Shown here: positions 49,318-63,229 of the stretch, piece by piece | Numbering within the stretch: the stretch's first letter is position 1 | Layout of the letters: each line of letters starts with the position of its first letter | Translations under genes and position numbers: made by a program | Source of the DNA: Macrostomum lignano | Lineage: Eukaryota | Length of the DNA stretch: 64,000 nucleotides | Direction of reading: 5' to 3' | NCBI GenBank assembly: GCA_002269645.1 | Contig: NIVC01001709.1 | Coordinates: forward strand, 183,234 to 247,233 | The notes under the pieces: model-generated | Database searches by the model: none | Seen by the model: only the letters and a program-made list of their open reading frames with translations | Told to the model about the DNA's origin: nothing

Positions 49318-49556
49318 AGATACGGAGATGATGAGAGGAGCGACAGAGATGATGAGAGGAGCGACAGAGATGATGAGAGGAGCGACAGAGATGATGAGAG
49401 GAGCGCCAGAGATGATGAGAGGAGCGACAGAGATGATGAGAGGAGCGCCAGAGATGATGAGAGGAGCGCCAGAGATGATGAGAGGAGCGACAGAGATGAT
49501 GAGAGGAGCGACAGAGATGGTGAGAGGAGCGACAGAGATGATGAGAGGAGCGACAG
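49318..49556. repeat. 21-bp minisatellite (GAGATGATGAGAGGAGCGACA)n
   Basis: About 11 copies. Confidence 0.93.
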
Positions 49557-52500
49557 ACAGCTGAGCAGTTAGGACAGAGACAGCTGAGCAGTTAGGACAC
49601 AGACAGCTGAGCAGTTAGGACACAGACAGCTAAGCAGTTAGGACACAGACAGCTGAGCAGTTAGGACACAGACAGCTGAGCAGTTAGGACACAGACAGCT
49701 GAGCAGTTAGGACAGAGACAGCTGAGCAGTTAGGACAGAGACAGCTGAGCAGTTAGGACAGAGACAGCTGAGCAGTTAGGACAGAGACAGCTGAGCAGTT
49801 AGGACAGAGACAGCTGAGCAGTTAGGACAGAGACAGCTGAGCAGTTAGGACACAGACAGCTGAGCAGTTAGGACACAGACAGCTGAGCAGTTAGGACAGA
49901 GACAGCTGAGCAGTTAGGACACAGACAGCTGAGCAGTTAGGACAGAGACAGCTGAGCAGTTAGGACGCAGACAGCTGAGCAGTTAGGACACAGACAGCTG
50001 AGCAGTTAGGACACAGACAGTTGAGCAGTTAGGACAGAGACAGCTGAGCAGTTAGGACAGAGACAGCTGAGCAGTTAGGACAGAGACAGCTGAGCAGTTA
50101 GGACAGAGACAGCTGAGCAGTTAGGACACAGACAGCTGAGCAGTTAGGACACAGACAGCTGAGCAGTTAGGACAGAGACAGCTGAGCAGTTAGGACACAG
50201 ACAGCTGAGCAGTTAGGACACAGACAGCTGAGCAGTTAGGACACAGACAGCTGAGCAGTTAGGACACAGACAGCTGAGCAGTTAGAGCACAGAGACAGCT
50301 GAGCAGTTAGGACACAGACATCTGAGCAGTTAGGACACAGACAGCTGAGCAGTTAGGACAGAGACAGCTGAGCAGTTAGGACACAGACAGCTGAGCAGTT
50401 AGGACAGAGACAGCTGAGCAGTTAGGACAGAGACAGCTGAGCAGTTAGGACAGAGACAGCTGAGCAGTTAGGACAGAGACAGCTGAGCAGTTAGGACACA
50501 GACAGCTGAGCAGTTAGGACACAGACAGCTGAGCAGTTAGGACAGAGACAGCTGAGCAGTTAGGACAGAGACAGCTGAGCAGTTAGGACACAGACAGCTG
50601 AGCAGTTAGGACAGAGACAGCTGAGCAGTTAGGACAGAGACAGCTGAGCAGTTAGGACAGAGACAGCTGAGCAGTTAGGACAGAGACAGCTGAGCAGTTA
50701 GGACACAGACAGCTGAGCAGTTAGGACACAGACAGCTGAGCAGTTAGGACACAGACAGCTGAGCAGTTAGGACAGAGACAGCTGAGCAGTTAGGACACAG
50801 ACAGCTGAGCAGTTAGGACACAGACAGCTGAGCAGTTAGGACACAGACAGCTGAGCAGTTAGAGCACAGAGACAGCTGAGCAGTTAGGACACAGACATCT
50901 GAGCAGTTAGGACACAGACAGCTGAGCAGTTAGGACAGAGACAGCTGAGCAGTTAGGACACAGACAGCTGAGCAGTTAGGACAGAGACAGCTGAGCAGTT
51001 AGGACAGAGACAGCTGAGCAGTTAGGACAGAGACAGCTGAGCAGTTAGGACACAGACAGCTGAGCAGTTAGGACACAGACAGCTGAGCAGTTAGGACAGA
51101 GACAGCTGAGCAGTTAGGACACAGACAGCTGAGCAGTTAGGACACAGACAGCTGAGCAGTTAGGACACAGACAGCTGAGCAGTTAAGACAGAGACAGCTG
51201 AGCAGTTAGGACACAGACAGCTGAGCAGTTAGGACACAGACAGCTGAGCAGTTAGGACAGAGACAGCTGAGCAGTTAGGACACAGACAGCTGAGCAGTTA
51301 GGACAGAGACAGCTGAGCAGTTAGGACACAGACAGCTGAGCAGTTAGAGCACAGAGACAGCTGAGCAGTTAGGACACAGACAGCTGAGCAGTTAGGACAC
51401 AGACAGCTGAGCAGTTAGAGCACAGAGACAGCTGAGCAGTTAGGACAGAGACAGCTGAGCAGTTAGGACAGAGACAGCTGAGCAGTTAGGACAGAGACAG
51501 CTGAGCAGTTAGGACACAGACAGCTGAGCAGTTAGGACAGAGACAGCTGAGCAGTTAGGACACAGACAGCTGAGCAGTTAGGACAGAGACAGCTGAGCAG
51601 TTAGGACACAGACAGCTGAGCAGTTAGGACACAGACAGCTGAGCAGTTAGAGCACAGAGACAGCTGAGCAGTTAGGACAGAGACAGCTGAGCAGTTAGGA
51701 CAGAGACAGCTGAGCAGTTAGGACACAGACAGCTGAGCAGTTAGGACACAGACAGCTGAGCAGTTAGGACAGAGACAGCTGAGCAGTTAGGACAGAGACA
51801 GCTGAGCAGTTAGGACAGAGACAGCTGAGCAGTTAGGACAGAGACAGCTGAGCAGTTAGGACACAGACAGCTGAGCAGTTAGGACACAGACAGCTGAGCA
51901 GTTAGGACAGAGACAGCTGAGCAGTTAGGACACAGACAGCTGAGCAGTTAGGACAGAGACAGCTGAGCAGTTAGGACACAGACAGCTGAGCAGTTAGGAC
52001 ACAGACAGCTGAGCAGTTAGAGCACAGAGACAGCTGAGCAGTTAGGACACAGACATCTGAGCAGTTAGGACACAGACAGCTGAGCAGTTAGGACAGAGAC
52101 AACTGAGCAGTTAGGACACAGACAGCTGAGCAGTTAGGACACAGACAGCTGAGCAGTTAGAGCACAGAGACAGCTGAGCAGTTAGGACAGAGACAGCTGA
52201 GCAGTTAGGACACAGACATCTGAGCAGTTAGGACACAGACAGCTGAGCAGTTAGGACAGAGACAGCTGAGCAGTTAGGACACAGACAGCTGAGCAGTTAG
52301 GACAGAGACAGCTGAGCAGTTAGGACACAGACAGCTGAGCAGTTAGGACACAGACAGCTGAGCAGTTAGAGCACAGAGACAGCTGAGCAGTTAGGACACA
52401 GACATCTGAGCAGTTAGGACACAGACAGCTGAGCAGTTAGGACAGAGACAGCTGAGCAGTTAGGACACAGACAGCTGAGCAGTTAGGACACAGACAGCTG

Positions 52501-53600
52501 AGCAGTTAGGACACAGACAGCTGAGCAGTTAGGACAGAGACAGCTGAGCAGTTAGGACACAGACAGCTGAGCAGTTAGGACACAGACAGCTGAGCAGTTA
52601 GAGCACAGAGACAGCTGAGCAGTTAGGACACAGACAGCTGAGCAGTTAGGACACAGACAGCTGAGCAGTTAGGACAGAGACAGCTGAGCAGTTAGGACAC
52701 AGACAGCTGAGCAGTTAGGACAGAGACAGCTGAGCAGTTAGGACAGAGACAGCTGAGCAGTTAGGACAGAGACAGCTGAGCAGTAAGGACACAGACAGCT
52801 GAGCAGTTAGGACACAGACAGCTGAGCAGTTAGAGCACAGAGACAGCTGAGCAGTTAGGACAGAGACAGCTGAGCAGTTAGGACACAGACAGCTGAGCAG
52901 TTAGGACACAGACACAGACAGCTGAGCAGTTAGGACACAGACAGCTGAGCAGTTAGGACAGAGACAGCTGAGCAGTTAGGACAGAGACAGCTGAGCAGTT
53001 AGGACAGAGACAGCTGAGCAGTTGGGACACAGACAGCTGAGCAGTTAGGACACAGACAGCTGAGCAGTTAGGACAGAGACAGCTGAGCAGTTAGGACAGA
53101 GACAGCTGAGCAGTAAGGACACAGACAGCTGAGCAGTTAGGACACAGACAGCTGAGCAGTTAGAGCACAGTGACAGCTGAGCAGTTAGGACAGAGACAGC
53201 TGAGCAGTTAGGACACAGACAGCTGAGCAGTTAGGACACAGACACAGACAGCTGAGCAGTTAGGACACAGACAGCTGAGCAGTTAGGACAGAGACAGCTG
53301 AGCAGTTAGGACAGAGACAGCTGAGCAGTTAGGACAGAGACAGCTGAGCAGTTAGGACACAGACAGCTGAGCAGTTAGGACACAGACAGCTGAGCAGTTA
53401 GGACAGAGACAGCTGAGCAGTTAGGACAGAGACAGCTGAGCAGTTAGGACAGGGACAGCTGAGAAGTTAGGACAGAGACAGCTGAGAAGTTAGGACAGAG
53501 ACAGAGACAGCTGAGCAGTTAGGACAGAGACAGCTGAGCAGTTAGGACAGGGACAGCTGAGCAGTAAGGACAGAGACACAGACGACACAGACACAGACAG
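49552..53600. repeat. ~4-kb 23-bp satellite (GACAGCTGAGCAGTTAGGACA[C/G]A)n
   Basis: About 175 copies. Confidence 0.97.
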
Positions 53601-54269
53601 GGATTTCCAAGGAAGTTTTTGACAGCCGGGGCCAGACAAAGCCGGCAGGCAAACCAAATCAGTGGGGAAGGCAGGTTGCAAATCAGGTTACAGCAATCCA
53701 GGAGGAGTCCAAAGTGTCCAAAGCATGCCGCGGGACCCGGGCGCCGCTTGAAGTCTCTAAGAGACTGTCGCTTCACGCCCGGCCGGCCGCGTAAGCGAGC
53801 GAGGCAGCTTAAAATAATAAAAAAGCCGGGGGGAAGGGCCGGCGATAATGCTAATAAGGCGGGCAACCCGTCTTGAATCAAATATGCAGATTCAATTATG
53901 GTGGCACCGTCTTTCATTTGCATATTCCACTACTGGGGCCGCCTTCTCCTACACTCTCTGCTCCCTCCTTTTCTTCTTCTGCCGCTCTTCTTTCTCTTCT
54001 CCGCTGCTGCTCATTTTCTGCCCGGCCAATTTCTGTAGCAGCTTTTTCCCTTTTCTTCCTGTCCGCCGGGGTCCCGGCCCGGGGACCGCTGCTGCCGTTC
54101 TTTCAGCTCCAATTTGCCCCGGCCAGCCTCCGCCATCATCTCGCCAGGGAATTCCCGACTCTTCCCTCGTCGAACTCGTCGCGTGGCTTCCGTTTCGTTT
54201 CGTCCGATTTTTTATCCGCTTCGATTTCTTCTGCCTCAGGTCGAGGTGATATTCGGTTCGGCTGAGAAT

Positions 54270-54682
54270 TGAAACTCTGGACCTCCTGCACCGGCTGTGG
54301 GCAGTACGACTCGGCGCGGATGAGATGGCCTGCGAGCTGGAGTCGCCGACGGCGCAGTAGATCACTTGGACGTGGCAGGCCAGCGCGGCGATAGAGTGCC
54401 GCGTTGGTGACTCGCTCGACGCCGATGTTGAAGGCGGCGCGCAGCAGGCCAGCGTGCGCCGCATCGACTTGCTGTTCGAGTGAGTCCGTCAGCGTCCAGG
54501 TCTCGGCGTTGTAGAGCAGGACGGTCTCGATTACCTCCTGGAACAGCGCCGCCCTCTGGCGGTCCGGTAGGGCCTCGGACTGCAGGACTGCCCTCACAGA
54601 ACAAAAGGCAGCCCAGGCAAGCCCGCGGCGGCGTCGCAGGTCCTCGCGAGAGTCGGGAACCAGACCGCCGAGGTAGACGACG
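54270..54682 (-). mobile_element. RTE-clade non-LTR retrotransposon fragment (RT thumb / C-terminus)
   Basis: YLGG..DLRRRRGLAWAAF..LFQEVIETVLLYNAETWTLT..LLRAAFNI..TNAALY..RRRRLQLAGHLIR, typical of RTE-like RT C-termini. Confidence 0.88.
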
Positions 54683-54786
54683 CTCACACAGGGTGTACAG
54701 CAGCCCTGACTTTCTAATCGTCAGGCATGTGCACTCTCTGCGAGGGCCTTAGAGTTTGGCCCTCATGCGTGTGAATCCCACGAGCA
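54683..54786 (-). mobile_element. SINE family 1 fragment, copy E
   Basis: Reverse complement GTGCACATGCCTGACGATTAGAAAGTCAGGGCTGCTGTACACCCTGTGTGAG matches the bodies of copies B, C and D. Confidence 0.75.
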
Positions 54787-54787
54787 T

Positions 54788-54850
54788 AACCTAAACTTAA
54801 CCTAAACTTAACCTAAACTTAACCTAAACTTAACCTAAACTTAACCTAAA
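54788..54850. repeat. 12-bp C-rich array (AACCTAAACTTA)x5
   Basis: Read directly. Confidence 0.9.
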
Positions 54851-57800
54851 CTCTGACTCCAACCCTAAACCTGAACAATGACCCTAATAAGCTAAGACAT
54901 CGGAGCAGTCAATTGTCGTGCTGCCATTTTGGCTTTCTTCTAGGAGAAGCAAAACGGCGATAAGTACACAGCACTGCTGCGGTAGCGGAATGGAACGGCT
55001 AATTTAATAGAAAATAATAGGAAGCCAGGCCAGGACGGGGACTTTTGCCGCTTTCGCGCCGGTCAGCAGCCCCTGTCAGCTCTCGAGCCGTCAACAGGAC
55101 TCTCGCTAGCCGCTTCCCCTCTTCCCTTGGCTCTCCCCTTTCTATACTGTTATTTCCCCTTCTCCTGGCTGAAGTGCTGTGGCTGATAAACAAAATCAGA
55201 GAAAATCAACTGCGTCGATTTACAGGGCAATGGGAAGGGGGGATCTTCGAAGCCATAGGGCCGGCTCAGCTACAATAACGCATTAGCAGAGTTGCCTCCG
55301 CCCGCCCGCGTCTCTCCTCTCCGCTGCCTCTCTCTCCCTAGCCCTATTTTTCCATGCGGAGAGTTTCATCCGGCTTGGGCGGAAAAATCAATCATTTTTG
55401 GCAGACCGAGGCGCAGACTTACATATATGCAATATATAGAAGAGAGCTGGGGGGGGGGCCTCGGCTTCTTGAGTCCTGGAGGTTGGCTGTTGTTGGAAGT
55501 CCTCAGGCCAGTCAGGCGGTCAGCTTGCCGTCTCCGGCTGGTAAAAAGAGGATTAATGGCCCTTGGCCTGGAGGGATTATCCGAGGGGGCAGCAAGCAGG
55601 GCAGGCTAGGAATTAAAGCTGGCAAAGCGCTTCGGAACGGCACGAGAGTGGATCCTCGCTTATCATATCCCTCTCGGAGCAGCTCAGCAGCAGTTGCCGG
55701 AGTCCCCCCTTCCGATTTTTACGACTGCTATTCGAATTTTTATTGACAAGTTGTGGCCCAGCGCCAAAAGTTTATCGCTAATCTCATCATATCTCCGCCG
55801 CTTCGCTCGGCTCAGAGGGATTCGTTTCTCTTTGAAGTTTACCACTCGTTTTATTGCTGGTAGAAGAGAGCTCCCGGTTTGACCCTCTGCGATGATTTTC
55901 CAACCTTGGAGGACTCTTCACTTCACTTACACTATGAAGATGGTCGCTGCAAGTTAAGCAGAGTTGGTTGTGGTTAGTACACAGAGCGAGTCCGAAGAAC
56001 TCAAGACTCAGAAGATCAAGGTCTAGAAGAACCAGGCCATTCAGACTCGAAATTTCAACTTTGGACGATGTTTGCTAACCCAGTGGGTCTGTAAAAGTTA
56101 AGCTGAGTTGACCGCGGATAGTACGTAGGGACAAATTAAGCTCAACTCTGCAGTTCTGCTATGATAGGGGGAGGCAGCTCCGAACCGTTAGTTTTTCTAT
56201 TTTGATTGTCTGAGAGATAAAAAGTACAGAAAAAGAATAACAAATCGCAGACGACAAAAACTTCAGCAAGCAATGCTCCGTGACGAAAAATGTTGCTAAG
56301 ATCCACTTTAGCTAAAGGTTAAATATGTATTTTCGGTAGTTGGTGTCTGTCTACACCGCAGGCGGGCTGCCCGCAGACTGAAGTCAAAAAAGTAATCATA
56401 CGAACAGCAGGTGAGATTTTGCTCTGCGCCGAACAAAAATAATTGAAGATAACTGCAAAATAATTAATCTAAAATCAAAGCCAAGCCAGCCGAGTCTGAG
56501 AGGGGGAGTCGGTGCGTCAGGCTGTAAGAAAATAAAAGTTACAAATGTCCACCACAATAAATTGCCAGACACTTTTACTCTTAGAAGAGGAAAATTGGAA
56601 ATTGAGCAAAGTCGGTGAACTAGAAATGTCTTATTGGAGTTCCCCATCTTTTATTGATGCTGAGAGATCGGGATGCGGCTGGGCAGGTGCAGGTGGGCGC
56701 AGGTGGGTGCAGGATGGCGGGGTTCAACCGGTTCATGGGGGCTCAGCAGGCGGACAGTCAGCAAGCAAAATAAATAAAATAGATAGATGAAAACAGTCTC
56801 AGCGGACATAGGGGGCGAATTTCCAAAATAAGCAAAAGGCATGCATGTTATGCGTCAGAGAGACAAAGAAAGTCTTGGATGAACAAGCCTGTGTGTGTGA
56901 GCAAAATATTGGTGGGAGCAGTCAAATTTTACACACTTCTGAAAACTTAAAAACTGATTATTTGTCAATGAAGGAACGTAGAAATCCACAACATACACAC
57001 ATGGCTAAATCGGTCGAACTGTGGAGCTATTTGGAAGAGAATAAGAATGTGACACAATATCTTGAAACATATTTCCTAGGCTCAGATTTTATACGCCAAC
57101 AAAAGCATTTCAATCACGGCACTTCTATACTGAGCGTCGCAGATTTTCAGTGATCAGTGCAACAAAAAAGTTTTCGAACCCGTGACTACGAAGTACTCCC
57201 CTCCCCTCTGGAGAAGTGAGAAGCAACGACAGGCAGCCATTTTTTGTTGAAGTGTTTTTACCTAGACAATTCAATTAACGGCAGGGACTCTGCCAATGGC
57301 TCTGTGGGTGCCTCTCAGCCGGTTCAGTACACGGAAACAATGACAGCGGTGAGCACAGAGAGAAAAATACAGAAATTCAAATAACAGAGCAGATTTTCGT
57401 TGTCAGGTTTTTAGTGGATATGATTTGTGGGCCTGGGGTTGTCAATTAGCGTGGAGGCCTCAGGCGGTTAGTAGTTACATGGCTACTCACTGTTTACACT
57501 TACTGGCAATGCAGAGTCATGGGTGTTAGAGCGAATGTGCTGTCTGTACACAAACACTGAATGTAGAAGCAAATGTGCAATGTGCATATTGGGACACAGA
57601 GTGCAGCAAGCAATCACGCGAAAGCAGTTGTTAATCTGCAGATTTTCTGCTTTTCCTGTGAACTCCTAGACACAAAATGGCTCCGCTCCGGCTAGACTGC
57701 GCTTCCAAAAATAATGTTGAATAATAAAACCAAAAAGCAGAACAATGGGCCCAGCGATTCTGCGAACAAGCAATCTGGATTATCACAATTTGGGAATGAG

Positions 57801-59106
57801 AAAGCGTGGAGCCTGCAAGTTTAGGACTGGCATCACAGTTATCGATTCTGGCTGGCATGCAATAAATTCTTTAGATGATCTGCTATGTCGCTTTAGTTCT
57901 GTTTCCATCATATTTTGAATATATGTTTGCTATAAATATAGCAGTCCCAGTTATTTGCGAGCAGCACATACACTTTAGTAACATGTTAAAGTTTCCAACT
58001 CAAGCCATAACTCTCTACTCTATCCTCACCAGCCTAATCTGAGGGCCTTGGGACGCACGTTGCATCACGCACACAATTGAGACGAGAACGTGGTGTGAAT
58101 TGTATGAGAAAAGGTTGGCCACCATGGCTTCGGGGTGGAAACTTGAACATGTTGCTAAGTGTACATGGTTTAAGTAGAAACTGGCGAGATAACAGTAAAG
58201 CATACACGTGATGGATTGGGATGCCCAAAAAATAGAGATTAAATCGTCTTCAGACAACGAAAAATAAGCTGTGACAGTTATGTGCCAGGGGAAGCATTCA
58301 TATCCGTCACGGTTATCGCTTCCTTCCGTGTTCTAGCATCTGCTGCGCTGTGCAAGTGAAAGTTTGGAATCATCATCAGTGTACTTTTGAAGAAAGGAAA
58401 ATAATATATAGAGCAGGGCAACGGGAGCGAGCTGTAGGCGAAAATAAGCTGTAAAAGCTGTAGGCAAATAAGCGATCGATTCCGTCAATCAAGCCAGTTG
58501 GATTGGACGTCGTCGTTTGGATCTTCCGTGAGACCGTGACAATTTCTTTCATCACAATTAGTCCACGATTTATCCGGATCAGAGCTGGGACAGTGGGCAG
58601 TGTGGGGTGGAACATCGGGGGACGCTTGGATGCCTGAGAGAGACAGGCGCTGCAATTTTCCTAGCCAAATGTACATTGTGCGATGTACACTGCAAAACAG
58701 TGGCGTGAGGTGGGTGTTTGGTGAGGGGGCGAGAAAGGCTTGTCAATGTACATCCACTAGATGGGTTAGAGGATAGTCAGTGAAAAAGGCTCTTTGGGAC
58801 GTCTTTGAATATCTGAATGTTCAATACGAGCGTAGAGACAGGCAATGTGGCAAAGCCTAAGCCAAATGTACCTGTAAATTGTTTGATGTACATTGAACAA
58901 CTTAAGAGTGAGTTGGGTGCTGGTCAGTGATTATGAAGGCTAGTCAATGTACATCCATTTAGTCCCAATCACTGACCGAGGAAAATAGGGGTTGACAGCG
59001 GTAAGGGGAGGTCAAGCGGGGAGTGAGATTGGGCCACCAATAGCAATCGTTTTAAACGACGCGCCTTAGGGGGGACCGGCAACAACACGCCTCCGTCTCT
59101 TCAGCC

Positions 59107-59369
59107 TCAAACTGCGTGCTCAGCTCCGTTGTTCATGTTGTGCCGCGCCCTCCTGGCCGCCACATCGGAGCTTCGCCGTCTCTGACGGCCGCCAGTTGAG
59201 GCGATACTCTTCCGGTTGCCTGCCAGGCCGTACTGCTCAGCGAACTGCTCAGCTCGCAACCGGTCGTTGATTGACTTGCAATGGCAGAGCAAGATGTGCT
59301 TGAACGGTGTCCGAAAGTCCCGATTGAACTTGGCGTAGATGATAGGGTTCATGAAGGAATTGACGTAGC
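59107..59369 (-). CDS. HTR7-like: Class A aminergic GPCR, 5-HT7-like serotonin receptor; last exon (TM7, helix 8, C-tail); upstream exons not found in window
   Basis: Acceptor CGCAG|GC (phase 1). GYVNSFMNPIIYAKFNRDFRTPFKHILLCHCKSINDRLRAEQFAEQYG contains NPxxY; the helix 8 and QYG tail resemble invertebrate 5-HT7 receptors. TGA at 59107. Confidence 0.85.
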
Positions 59370-62049
59370 CTGCGGGATTCGAGGGCGATTTGTTGATTCT
59401 AGTTTTACAGTCGGCAGTATGAAAATTCTGTAGGCCAATTAAAGTACCGAGTATTCTATTTTCCTTCCTCTGACATTGGGCCTTCAGCATTTTAGCTTTT
59501 AATTCTCGTCACAGAATGCTAGATTTTCAAACCAGCTTTCCTCCTCCATCAGGTCCAGTGCAAATTTTAGCAACCTCAGCTCTCTCTTCTCTCCTCGCTC
59601 ACCATCGCGACCTGACGGGTGGCACAAATCCTGGCTAAGGAAGCTGGAACGCGTGTTCTGCATGACCTGTCCCGGCGGCACAGCTTGGCCTCCCTATCTC
59701 TTCCGCTCCGCTGCTAGGCTCCTACTTAGTAAGAATTCTATTATATATGTGTATACTCCTTACTTCGCCCGCGCTGAAAGGAGCTCCGCCATTGCACGGA
59801 GCACAAGGAGGGAAGGCTGAAGGGAAGTTAAGGCTTTTGCGCCCCATCCGTCCTATTCTGTCCGTCTTCCAGCGCCCCGATATTCCCATTCGCCCTGTCC
59901 CGCTTCCACTTCATCTTCTCCACCGTCTCCGGGCACCCTCGGGCGAGGCTCCCGCCTTAGCGGCTGCCGACGGGCCAAAGAGGGGCGGCGGCGGCTTCAT
60001 TAACTTTGTGAGAGGCCCCCGTTCTGACTCTGCCCATCTCCCCTTACCTCTCTCCCCTTCTCATCCCATCCCCCTTTCAATTCCCTCAATTCTTGCCCTC
60101 TTCTCTGTCGTCTTGCCCCCCCCCCTCCCCCAGACTCCCGCCCTCTTTTCCTTTCTCCCTCCTTAGCTTTTGGGCCTTTCTCCTCCCCAGTTGCAGGCTC
60201 GATCGCTTACCTCCAGCGCGCACACATTCTCCCAGGGTCTGCCGCCTTCCTCCAGTTGAATTAATAAGTGATTGATTATATCCCAGGCTGGCTGACTCCC
60301 TTCTGCTATACGCATAGCTGCTGCTGCTGCTACCGCGAGAAAAAAGTGAAGAAATGCGACCGAGCTTCATCTCAAAATAGATCTCAAAGTAGCGCAACAG
60401 CCATTGAAAATCTTCTCAGGATGAGGACAAGTCCGAATTCCGAGTATTAGCTATCCCCCCCTAATCCACGACTTTTTCCCAAGACAGGTTCCTAGAAAGG
60501 TTTAGGACAGGAAGGGGTTTAAGTCGAAGGCCTGCCAACTGCCCCCTCTCGCTGGCGCGCCCGCCGGCAGATAGCGAAAGCAATTTCCGAAGCAGCTCGC
60601 TTCCTTTCTCCGGGGCCGATTTCTCGGGGCGTCACGGGGAGGAGAGGTGAGGAGCAAAACGCTGCCTTCCTCCAGCCCAATATGCTAGCCAATTGCCGCC
60701 GATCCCCAAATCTATACCCCTGCCTCTTCCAAACCCATTTGAGAGAGAAAGAGGCTGAGAGGGAGGCCGGGACGCCGGGCAGGAAAAGTAAAAGAAGTAA
60801 AAACTCTCCTCAAGTTCCCGTCTCGAAAGATCGCCAACAACAAGGAGACAAGCAAGGAGAGACCGCGAGGGATTTAGGCCGGGGGTTTGGGGAGGGACTG
60901 GATGGGATTTGGGCGGGCTGCGGGGAAGGCCAGCTCTGGAAGCTTCCACGGGAGCGGGGAGAGTCCGAGACAGGCGAGGCAGGGCAAGCAAAAGGGCCAA
61001 GAGAGCAATGAGCGATGGCGGAGAGTGGGAGGCTGCTGTCTGGGAAGGAAGAGATAGGCGAGAGCAGCCGGAGAGAGCTGCCGGGATGGCATGGCGATTT
61101 AGAAGTTTCTGGGGTCTCGGCACTCCCGCCCCCTCCACACACGGCTCGTACTCTCTTCCCATCAATACCGGCTCGCATCATCCCGGAGCTTCTCCTGTCT
61201 CCAGGCATCTCCCAATCCTTCCATTTTTTCTGCATCTTACTGCCTCTTCATTTCTTGCTCCCTCATTGCTTCCTTCCTTTCCTGCTCCGCTTCCACTCTG
61301 CTTAAGCTGGCCCTGCCTGCCTCTCCCCAACTTTTGCCGTTGCCCTCTCTGGAGCGCGCATCGCTCGCATCAACTTTAATGGCTGGTGATTCGTTTGGAC
61401 CCGCGCAGTTGCGCTGCACAGCCGCCCGCCTCTCTCTATTTGAGCTGTCCTCATCTCCTAAATCTGATTTTCCAGCTTCTTCTTTCTCCTAATCATCGGC
61501 ATCATCGTATGATGAAGCCTGCCGCGGAGTGGTCTGCGCAGCCAGGGATTTATCTCATTAAAGCGGCTTATATCTTATTCAGGATTTCTTTATATAATAT
61601 CGAATGCATGGCGAAGCCGGACTTACTCGCTACTATGGGAGAAAGGTGACGCTCCCCAGCGTATGGGATCCCTCCGTGTGCATGGGGATAAAAAGTAGCT
61701 AGTTGGTTGAGAAGTATTGAAGGCATTGTAGATGGAGTTGGTTCGAGTTTTGCAGTGAGCTTACACCCACGCGTCCTCTGGTGGCGGAGCTGCCTGCAAC
61801 CTCGGGGAAATGGGATAATTCCTGAGCCTGCGGCAAATTTTCTTTTGTGCGCGTAGAAATGCAGGCGGGGTGGGGGATTGTGGACCGTTGGGAATTCCAG
61901 AGAGACACGCCGGGAAAGTGAGCACCGTCGGATTTACGAAAGCTGCTCCGGACTAACAGACCAACTGAGGATGAGGGAGGCAAATTCAAAGAGATTAATC
62001 TGGGATTAAAAGTTGCATCTGATGGAGCGGAATTCTGGATACTGTCAGA

Positions 62050-62051
<2 letters not shown>

Positions 62052-62117
<66 letters not shown>

Positions 62118-62146
62118 TGTCTGTCTGTCTGTCTGTCTGTCTGCTG

Positions 62147-62195
<49 letters not shown>
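62052..62195. repeat. (GTCT)n microsatellite
   Basis: Read directly. Confidence 0.95.
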
Positions 62196-62196
<1 letters not shown>

Positions 62197-63229
62197 TAGC
62201 CTTTCGAGCTACAAACCTGGAGTCCAGCATTTCAAGTCGTTATCTATACAGACAGGGACGACTCCACATTTTCGCCCCCCAGACAATCAGAAAAATTGAC
62301 TCACCAAGCCACAGGAAAAACTCGAACACGTTCGGATTCATGTCGAGTTTCTCGCCCTGTACAACATTGTAGATCGGCACTACGATCTGCAATTAGCAAT
62401 TTGTGGAGCAAACATTGTCAGTCGGCATGCCTGAGTCCCGACACCCAGCCCCAGCTCAAAGTTTACCTGAGGAGGATCACCCTGACCCAATTGTAACACT
62501 GTACTCCAGAAACAGTTTAGAGGAGACGACACGAGAATTCATATTGGAGATTCGGGACTCACATTTTCAAAGAGCAGTGGGAAAGCGAGAAAGAGTGAGG
62601 GTGGAAGCGGGAGCAGAATCAATGCTTTCTGGGTTGCCCGAGTCCCCCTAGCTAATGTAACTGGACCGTCCGCATTTCCGCAGCAATTCTGTTGTGCTCC
62701 TGGCTTCCCGCGTTAAGGATTTCTACTTGGCCTTATTTAGTTAGAGCAGACTGGGGTTGAGCGGCATTGCAACTACCCAGGCACCTCCACCCTCTTGCAC
62801 CGGCAAATGTTTACCCATGGTGTTTGGACCAAAAAATGCGTTTTTTGCTTTTTAACGTTTTTCGACCCTGGAACTGCCTGTCTGGGGGGGGGGGGGGGTT
62901 CGGGCGGGCTGTGGTTGGTTCGGACCGGCATTCTGTCTAATTGTTTGATAGCAGCCCCAGCCCCCCTTGTGGTGCAAACTGGTCGTCTGTTTGCTGCGGC
63001 TGGACCTGCGCCACTCCAAATGATAACATTGGGACATTGTGGCCAGATTTGCTGCAACATGAAATTGGGGAATATCGAGATTGCATGCCAATGGAAACTG
63101 ACAGAGAGAATTAGAGGGGTGAGAAGTTAGGATGAGAAGAAATGGAGAGGACATGAGAGGACAAAAAATGACATTAAAGGAAAGGTGAATAGAAGTGAAG
63201 AAAGGAAAAATAGAGGAGAAGAAGGAGAG

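Noticed and set aside
56845-58676. Short ORFs at 56.8-58.7 kb, including a Cys-containing SWTNCDERNC stretch
   Set aside because: No recognisable domain, incomplete LDLa spacing, and no supporting splice structure.
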